The position numbers and the translations under genes are program-made. The notes beneath the pieces were generated by a model, which saw nothing but the letters and a program-made list of their open reading frames with translations, did no database searches and was not told the origin of the DNA. DNA of 64,000 bases from Candidatus Krumholzibacteriia bacterium (GTDB lineage Bacteria; Krumholzibacteriota; Krumholzibacteriia; LZORAL124-64-63): the NCBI GenBank assembly GCA_016744705.1, contig JADGDU010000004.1, positions 118,801-182,800 of the forward strand, read 5' to 3'. Every line of letters starts with the position of its first letter. The first letter of the stretch is position 1. This document shows positions 58,028 through 64,000 of this stretch, piece by piece.

Positions 58028-58933
58028 CTACCAGCCGCGGCCAGCCATTTTCTCGCTATCAGCCATTTCATTCACAGCGCGGCCCTTCATGGCCTCGCCC
58101 AGGTTCATACTGATTTCCATGAGCTTGGCAGGGTCATCGTGGAAAGTCACAGCATCGACGATGGCTTTGGCCCGAGGACCAGGATCGTCGCTGGCAAAGA
58201 TTCCACTGCCCACAAAGCAGGTCTCAGCACCGAGCTGCATCATCAGAGCAGCGTCGGCCGGGGTAGCAATGCCACCGGCGGCAAAGTTTGGCACAGGCAG
58301 TTTGCCCAGCTCGGCGGTTTGCACCAGAATGTGCAATGGTGCGCCCAGGTTTTTCGCTTCGGCCATCAATTCGTCGGTGCGCATGAGCTGAAGCCGGCGG
58401 ATGCCTTCGTTCAGTTCGCGCATGTGCGTCACGGCTTCCACAACATCGCCACTGCCAGCTTCGCCTTTGGTGCGCATCATGGCAGCGCCTTCACCAATAC
58501 GGCGCAGGGCTTCACCCAGGTTGCGGCAACCGCACACAAAGGGAACCTTGAAATCGTGTTTGTAGACGTGGTTGGCGTTATCGGCAGGTGTGAGAACTTC
58601 ACTCTCGTCGATGAAGTCTACACCCAGGGCTTCCAAAATCTGAGCTTCGGCGAAGTGGCCGATGCGAACTTTAGCCATCACAGGAATGGAGACGGTGTTC
58701 TGAATTTCCCGAATCATACCGGGTGCGGACATACGGCTGATGCCGCCTTCTTTACGAATGTCCGAAGGAATGCGTTCCAGAGCCATGACAGCCACGGCGC
58801 CGGCTTCTTCGGCAATCTTGGCCTGGGCCGCGTTGGTCACGTCCATGATGACGCCACCTTTGAGCATCTCGGCCAGGCCGACCTTGTGCTTGTATTGTTC
58901 CATAATCTCGCTGTTGCCCCAGGGAGTCTCCAT
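58028..58933 (-). CDS. pdxS: PLP synthase lyase subunit
   Basis: [48 protein letters not shown]. Confidence 0.97.
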   Translation of the reverse strand: METPWGNSEIMEQYKHKVGLAEMLKGGVIMDVTNAAQAKIAEEAGAVAVMALERIPSDIRKEGGISRMSAPGMIREIQNTVSIPVMAKVRIGHFAEAQILEALGVDFIDESEVLTPADNANHVYKHDFKVPFVCGCRNLGEALRRIGEGAAMMRTKGEAGSGDVVEAVTHMRELNEGIRRLQLMRTDELMAEAKNLGAPLHILVQTAELGKLPVPNFAAGGIATPADAALMMQLGAETCFVGSGIFASDDPGPRAKAIVDAVTFHDDPAKLMEISMNLGEAMKGRAVNEMADSEKMAGRGW

Positions 58934-59069
58934 GACTCGGCCTCCTTTAATACCAATGCGCTTCTATGCCCGGAATATCCCCAGATGGGGTCCGGGACCA
59001 AGGATTTATTTCCTGCCGGAAAGATAATCAGTGAGGAGGGGTTGCGAAAGGTGAGAAGGCACTCTCAGG

Positions 59070-59519
59070 CTACTTTGCATCGATTTCCAGCAGTTCGGTG
59101 ACCAATTCCGCGGCAAAACCCACCACTCCAGGGCATACATCCTGAAAGCTGCCGTCTTCCTTGCCCTGGGCTCTCGCATGGGGACAAGCCATGTCAACAC
59201 CAGTTAACTCATTACAATTAAAGGTTTTGAATTTCATCTTAAAGCGAGCAAAGAATTCCTGCACCAAGGCATCGTTCCGCTCTCGGGAAGCATCATCGTC
59301 CAAATCCACCCGTCCAGCATCCAAACCCAGCACCATCATGGCTCCAGTGATGGCACCGCAGGTCAATCCCTGCCGCCCCATGCCGCCGCCGAATGAACAG
59401 GATAATTTCAGGGCCAGGTCCGGGTCCATATCGTAACGCTGGGCAAAGGCTGTCAGCACCGCCTGGGAGCAGGTGTGGCCTTCTTCGAACATTTTCCGGG
59501 CTTGGGATATCTCGGTCAT
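59070..59519 (-). CDS. C-GCAxxG-C-C family putative redox protein
   Basis: CSQAV...FGGGMG...TCGAITG...NC...C. Confidence 0.9.
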   Translation of the reverse strand: MTEISQARKMFEEGHTCSQAVLTAFAQRYDMDPDLALKLSCSFGGGMGRQGLTCGAITGAMMVLGLDAGRVDLDDDASRERNDALVQEFFARFKMKFKTFNCNELTGVDMACPHARAQGKEDGSFQDVCPGVVGFAAELVTELLEIDAK

Positions 59520-59532
59520 TCAGTCTCCGGTT

Positions 59533-62196
59533 TCAATTGAGCAGAACCAGTTTGAGAGTTTTTTTCTGATCAGGCACTGTAATCATAGCGAAATACAATC
59601 CACTTGCCATTTTTTGACCCGCGCTGTCACACCCCTGCCAGGTTTTATTATAAAAGCCTGGACCATGAACCTGGTCACAGAGCGTATCCACAAGACTACC
59701 CCGCATGTCGAATATCTGAAGTTTCACCGGGCTGGCGGCGGCCAGTTCGAATGAGATGGAAGTTGAAGGATTGAAAGGATTGGGCCAGGCATTCGCAGCG
59801 ACAAGCAAGGAGCTGGGTCCAAGGGGAGCTAGCGTTACGCCGGTATTGGATATCCCTGGGGTGGGACCTGAGCAGGACAGCCACGGTCCGCTTCCGTCCG
59901 GCAGACGGGCAGACGAAACATCCGCCTGTTGCACTCCAAATATTACAGTGTCGATGGCCAGGTTCCCCGACGAGAGGCAGGAATACAGTCCCAGCTCTTC
60001 TCCAGATCCTGAAATTTTAAATCCTGTGTGGAGAGGGCCCTGAAGCACATCCCCATCACACCAGAACAGAAGATAACCATAGGCCTCAAGACTGGTATCG
60101 GGCAAGGCCCACTTAGTGCTAACGGCCAAGTCATCACTCAAAAACAGCCCCGCAGTGCTGATAGTTTCCTCTGTTGGATTATAGATCTCCAACCAATCAT
60201 CATACTGGCCGTATTCATCGGAGATGGTCCCGTCATTGACTGCCATGAATTCATTCAACCGCAATGAAAAAGCCGGAGCAGGTAATGTGGATTCAACCCA
60301 TGGCAGCGGCGTGACAACCTGCGCGCCCGACTCCCAACAAATCCTGTACCAGCGATGTTCACCCAGTGGCAAGTTTGGAGCGGTGAAAGCGTAATGGGAT
60401 ACAACCCCCACCCCACCAACTGCCAACAAATCAGGATTGTCACGCCAACTGGAGATGGTTTCAAAAGCACTATCGGATCCAACACTGCACTGGATAACAA
60501 ACCCTGAACAATCTTCTTCCCGCTCAGTGCTCCATTGCAAGATGGAGTTGGTTTCCTGTTCGGTGAGAGTAAAGGAGACCAATTCCACCGGTTGGGCCCA
60601 AAGCTCCAGAAACTCATCCAAATGAGTGGAGACAATGGGGTGGCGATTCGAAATAAACGTCTCAACTAAACCGCGCTTATAGGTATACCACAGAGGTGAA
60701 TGGTTCCAGCGCAGGCCGTGATTCACCCATTCAGGTTCCTGATGCACGGCCACCGAATCCAGGCGGGCGAGGCTTTGCTGCACGGACAGCGCCCCATCCA
60801 GCAGTTCCGCACCACGGTGACGCAGCAATGATTTGAATTGCGCATTCTGCATCAAAGCCCGCAGCATATTATTCCACTGGAAAGTAAAAGACCAAGGTCC
60901 ACCACTGAACCAAACCGGCGGTTGAAATTCCAGAAACTCGGGTCCGGTGCCCGCGCTGTAAAACCGAAAATGATTGGCATTCAGGTTGGCGCTTTGATAG
61001 AGAATGTCCTCATCCCAGGTCATAAATTCCCAGGGACCGTTCCCGATTTTTAAGATGGCCAGATTTTTCCCACCCATGTTGTCGCTGGACGCTCCACAAA
61101 TATTGATCATCAACCAGTCAATGTAGGCCACCAAATCAATCTGCGAACTGATTTCTTCATACCATTGATGAGTATCAAAGGGGCCTTCTCCAGAAAAATC
61201 CGATAGAAAACTTTCCCACTGAGTGTAGTCCCCAACCTCGGCTTCATGGTCTTTAATCAAAATGAATTCGTCATCATCAGCCCATTGCCAGGTCTTCTCA
61301 ACAAACTCGTCATCCAGCCTTTCGCGTAGACTGTAGGCTCCCCACAGCTCGTTGTTGAGATAGACTGCAACATACCGATGCCGGCTGCCTTTATGACCAA
61401 GGTCCTGATGCAGAGGTTCATTGAGGGCGGAGGAAATGGCAAAGTCCGGGTATCGGTTACCGCGCAGAATGAGCCTTTCAAATATGGTGGGCCCATCTCC
61501 AAAAAAATCGCAATTCACCGTATCGTACAAACCATAATCGTCGAAGTACAGCCGCAGGCCTTTTTGGTGATAATTTCTGCTCGACTGACCGTTGATGCGC
61601 AAGCCAATGGGCTCCGTAAACACCAAAGCTCCAGTTTCGTCATAATAATCTACCGTGGCCGGCCGCTCCCAAATGGCACCAGTCTGCTGGTGGTTGTTGT
61701 GGTTCCCCCAGACATAAATACCTGTATCCTGGTCCCACAGATTTTGTGGATCTGTTTGGATGTGGAAAACAGGGCCCTGGTGGTTAGCAAGATCCAGCGG
61801 GTAATTCGTGGTTGGCAAAAGGACGACATCAGTGGTGTCGTAAGAGGCATCTGTGAACTGGAGTGGGCGGGGCGTGGTATCGTTCCAGAGAAACAGGGCC
61901 CTAAAGGATTGATTCGAAATTTGCGTCAACCAGGGTGGATCACCCACAGCCTTGATGGGGGCATCGCTGGTCATGGTGACGGTAATGGATCCTTCCAGGG
62001 TGCGGTCCCCTGGCGCCTCGTGTTCGGAAATCATGGGAAAGGAGTAAGTGACCGTGACGGGAGTTTCTGCCCAGGCCCCAGAAGATGGCCAAACAGCCAG
62101 TAAAAGGCACACGCCCAGGGCCAAAACCAGCGAAATGGCAAAAACAGATGACCTTCGAGAATGCAACTTATAGCCGGGGAGCAAGTTTTCCTCCAT
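59533..62196 (-). CDS. Secreted CotH-kinase + lamin-tail domain + FlgD/T9SS-type C-terminal domain protein (start uncertain)
   Basis: Signal peptide; GLRINGQSSR, LRLYF, RLILRG, VYLNNELWGAY.LRE, WDED (CotH); LNEFMA...DDWLEIYN (LTD); WPNPFNPST...SGLYF...KLVLL (CTD). Confidence 0.85.
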   Translation of the reverse strand: MEENLLPGYKLHSRRSSVFAISLVLALGVCLLLAVWPSSGAWAETPVTVTYSFPMISEHEAPGDRTLEGSITVTMTSDAPIKAVGDPPWLTQISNQSFRALFLWNDTTPRPLQFTDASYDTTDVVLLPTTNYPLDLANHQGPVFHIQTDPQNLWDQDTGIYVWGNHNNHQQTGAIWERPATVDYYDETGALVFTEPIGLRINGQSSRNYHQKGLRLYFDDYGLYDTVNCDFFGDGPTIFERLILRGNRYPDFAISSALNEPLHQDLGHKGSRHRYVAVYLNNELWGAYSLRERLDDEFVEKTWQWADDDEFILIKDHEAEVGDYTQWESFLSDFSGEGPFDTHQWYEEISSQIDLVAYIDWLMINICGASSDNMGGKNLAILKIGNGPWEFMTWDEDILYQSANLNANHFRFYSAGTGPEFLEFQPPVWFSGGPWSFTFQWNNMLRALMQNAQFKSLLRHRGAELLDGALSVQQSLARLDSVAVHQEPEWVNHGLRWNHSPLWYTYKRGLVETFISNRHPIVSTHLDEFLELWAQPVELVSFTLTEQETNSILQWSTEREEDCSGFVIQCSVGSDSAFETISSWRDNPDLLAVGGVGVVSHYAFTAPNLPLGEHRWYRICWESGAQVVTPLPWVESTLPAPAFSLRLNEFMAVNDGTISDEYGQYDDWLEIYNPTEETISTAGLFLSDDLAVSTKWALPDTSLEAYGYLLFWCDGDVLQGPLHTGFKISGSGEELGLYSCLSSGNLAIDTVIFGVQQADVSSARLPDGSGPWLSCSGPTPGISNTGVTLAPLGPSSLLVAANAWPNPFNPSTSISFELAAASPVKLQIFDMRGSLVDTLCDQVHGPGFYNKTWQGCDSAGQKMASGLYFAMITVPDQKKTLKLVLLN

Positions 62197-62341
62197 TTAC
62201 AGTGGGTTCCTGGGATTATACCACATTTGATGGAATGATTGGGCCATGCTATTTGGCTGAGGATGTTTATATTGGCACCAATCCTTACATCGTGTGTTGA
62301 AGAACAATCGTAAGACCCAACTCAATTCATTGGAGGACCTC

Positions 62342-63772
62342 ATGAGAGTCGTTATTCCCAGTATTTTGATATTCCTGAACCTGATGGTTCCATTGGCTCA
62401 GGCCGCCCCCACGGGAACAACCACCACTCTGGAAGATCAAACCAGTGTTTCGGTGACCATCTACAATCAGAATTTGGCTCTGATCAAAGATCAGCGCACC
62501 ATCACTCTGCCCAAAGGTGTCCAAGTCCTGGATTTCCGGGAGGTCAGTGCCCAGATCCAGCCCGAGACTGCTTTGCTGGCCGGGGACGACTTGTCCATTC
62601 TCGAGCAGAATTTTGAATTCGATTTGCTCACTCCCCAGGCCTTGCTTCAAAAGTATGTGGGCAAAGATGTGGTGGTTGTGAAAACCCACCCCACAACGGG
62701 CGAGGAAACCCATATCACAGCCAAAGTGCTCAGCGCCCAAAATGGCGTGGTTCTGCAAATTGGCGATCACATCGAATCGGGCATTCCCGGGCGGCTGATT
62801 TTCCCCGACGTTCCCGAAAACCTCCGTGATCGTCCCACCTTGACCATGCTGGCCAAGAGCGAAACCCAGAAGCAACAGGATATTGAACTCAGCTACCTGA
62901 CCCGTGGTTTGGGATGGCAGGCCGACTATGTCGCCGAGCTCAACGCCAAAGACGATGCCCTGAACATCAGTGGTTGGGTCACTCTGACTAACCAGAGTGG
63001 GGCCGCCTACCATGATGCCACTCTGCAATTGGTTGCTGGTGATGTGAACCGTGCGGCTCCCGAAAACAGGCACGTCAATCCCGTCATGATGTCTGAAATG
63101 TCTCGGGTCGCAGATTACGGCGGAAAAATGAGTGAAGAACAGATGTTCGAGTATCATCTCTACACCCTGGATCGCCCCACCACCCTCAAAGATAACCAGA
63201 CTAAACAAGTGGCCTTGATGCAGGCCATGGAAGTGCCTTGCCGCAAGGAGTTCCTGCTCCAGGGACAAAGCCATTATTACTCGGGACAGTCGGGTGTCAT
63301 TGGCCAGAAAATTAAAGTGGGCGTCTTCGTAGAAATCATCAACAGTGAGAAGAACAATCTGGGCATGCCCCTGCCCAAAGGCATTGTGCGGGTGTACAAA
63401 AATGACACTCAGAAAAGATTGCAGTTTGTGGGTGAAGACCGCATTGACCACACCCCCAAAAACGAAAAGATCCGTCTCAAATTGGGCGATGCTTTTGATA
63501 TCACCGCCAACAAGAAACAAACTGATTTTGAAAAAGTGTCCGGCTCATCGCGGCAGGAATATGTGACCGAAAGCACTTACCAGATCGAACTAAAAAACGG
63601 CAAAGAAGAAAGTGTTACTGTTAAAATCATGGAACCGGTTCCCGGTGACTGGAAAATTTTGAAAGAATCCCATAACCATGAAAAAGCAGCCAGCAATACC
63701 GCGGTATGGAACGTTAAGGTTCCTGCTCTGGGCTCCACCATTCTGACTTATACCGTCAGAGTGAAACACTAA
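62342..63772 (+). CDS. DUF4139/DUF4140 domain protein
   Basis: SVTIYNQNLAL, LSYLTRGLGWQADY, WVTLTNQSG, LQLVAGDV, EYHLY; GGAGG RBS. Confidence 0.9.
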   Translation: MRVVIPSILIFLNLMVPLAQAAPTGTTTTLEDQTSVSVTIYNQNLALIKDQRTITLPKGVQVLDFREVSAQIQPETALLAGDDLSILEQNFEFDLLTPQALLQKYVGKDVVVVKTHPTTGEETHITAKVLSAQNGVVLQIGDHIESGIPGRLIFPDVPENLRDRPTLTMLAKSETQKQQDIELSYLTRGLGWQADYVAELNAKDDALNISGWVTLTNQSGAAYHDATLQLVAGDVNRAAPENRHVNPVMMSEMSRVADYGGKMSEEQMFEYHLYTLDRPTTLKDNQTKQVALMQAMEVPCRKEFLLQGQSHYYSGQSGVIGQKIKVGVFVEIINSEKNNLGMPLPKGIVRVYKNDTQKRLQFVGEDRIDHTPKNEKIRLKLGDAFDITANKKQTDFEKVSGSSRQEYVTESTYQIELKNGKEESVTVKIMEPVPGDWKILKESHNHEKAASNTAVWNVKVPALGSTILTYTVRVKH

Positions 63773-63780
63773 GCCATCAC

Positions 63781-63820
63781 AAGACCAGGCCTCTTCTGCC
63801 ATGAGAAGGGGCCTAGTCTT
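63781..63820. terminator. Hairpin at a convergent junction
   Basis: AAGACCAGGCCTCTTCT / AGAAGGGGCCTAGTCTT imperfect stem. Confidence 0.65.
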
Positions 63821-64000
63821 CATTCCCCATAAATTTCATTTTTTGGGCCTCACTCTTTAGAAAACCATTATAAGGTTCCAATTTACTGGCTTCCTTAGCC
63901 AGCTCCCAAGCCTCAGTATACTTGCCCTGTGCTTCCATCACTTTGGCCAATTGATAGAGCGCAGAAGGGCGGGATTCCCAGCCCAAATTGAGGCGAGAAC
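63820..64000 (-). CDS. 3' end of a TPR-containing protein (partial)
   Basis: Manual translation: SRLNLGWESRPSALYQLAKVMEAQGKYTEAWELAKEASKLEPYNGFLKSEAQKNEIYGE*. Confidence 0.65.

Noticed and set aside
59030-59070. GGAGG...CGAAAGG...CTCTCAGG, reminiscent of a glycine riboswitch aptamer
   Set aside because: It lacks the GGAGA and CCGAAG core, lies on the strand opposite to the neighbouring genes and has no downstream gene on its strand.
61780-62070. Possible frameshift in the N-terminal part of the CotH protein, which lacks a recognisable Fn3-like domain
   Set aside because: The frame is open with normal codon usage, and the alternative frames give nothing better.
1-64000. Search for CRISPR arrays, tRNA/rRNA, IS or integrase genes, retron/DGR reverse transcriptases, selenocysteine read-through and recognisable defence genes
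   Set aside because: None seen by eye; a formal scan (CRISPRCasFinder, tRNAscan-SE, Infernal/Rfam, ISEScan, DefenseFinder) would be needed to exclude divergent cases.

Overview
Mostly core and accessory chromosome of a probably anaerobic or microaerophilic Gram-negative bacterium, roughly 50-60% GC by eye. An FCB-superphylum lineage such as Ca. Krumholzibacteriota/Latescibacterota is inferred from a PNPFNP-type C-terminal domain and a C-terminal SWxxLKxxYR motif; this is not proven. I found no rRNA, tRNA, CRISPR array, integrase or transposase. Main blocks, left to right: (1) minus-strand operon moxR - DUF58 - BatA/VWA - nifU - nifS - mfd; (2) PP2C phosphatase, GT-C membrane protein, PPi-type phosphofructokinase, adenosine deaminase, NAD synthase-like gene, Rrf2 regulator, pta-ackA, PhzF-like gene; (3) a plus-strand envelope cluster of about 13.6 kb: TPR/pseudo-esterase, two paralogous secreted beta-propellers, a lipoprotein membrane-fusion protein, two different RND permeases and an M20 amidohydrolase, with no TolC gene; (4) a secreted protein with a short C-terminal motif, an MsbA-like ABC exporter and sdhCAB; (5) small accessory genes and transporters; (6) a low-GC cassette of about 3.6 kb (M48 peptidase-like, lipoprotein, Yip1); (7) a long pdxS-pdxT-Ig lipoprotein-HAD-PLP decarboxylase-DsbD(N)-RRM operon; (8) a secreted CotH kinase/LTD/CTD protein and DUF4139. 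The best candidates for undescribed biology are the propeller/heteromeric-RND export module and the short C-terminal sorting-like motif. All family calls come from motif recognition by eye, not from database searches.
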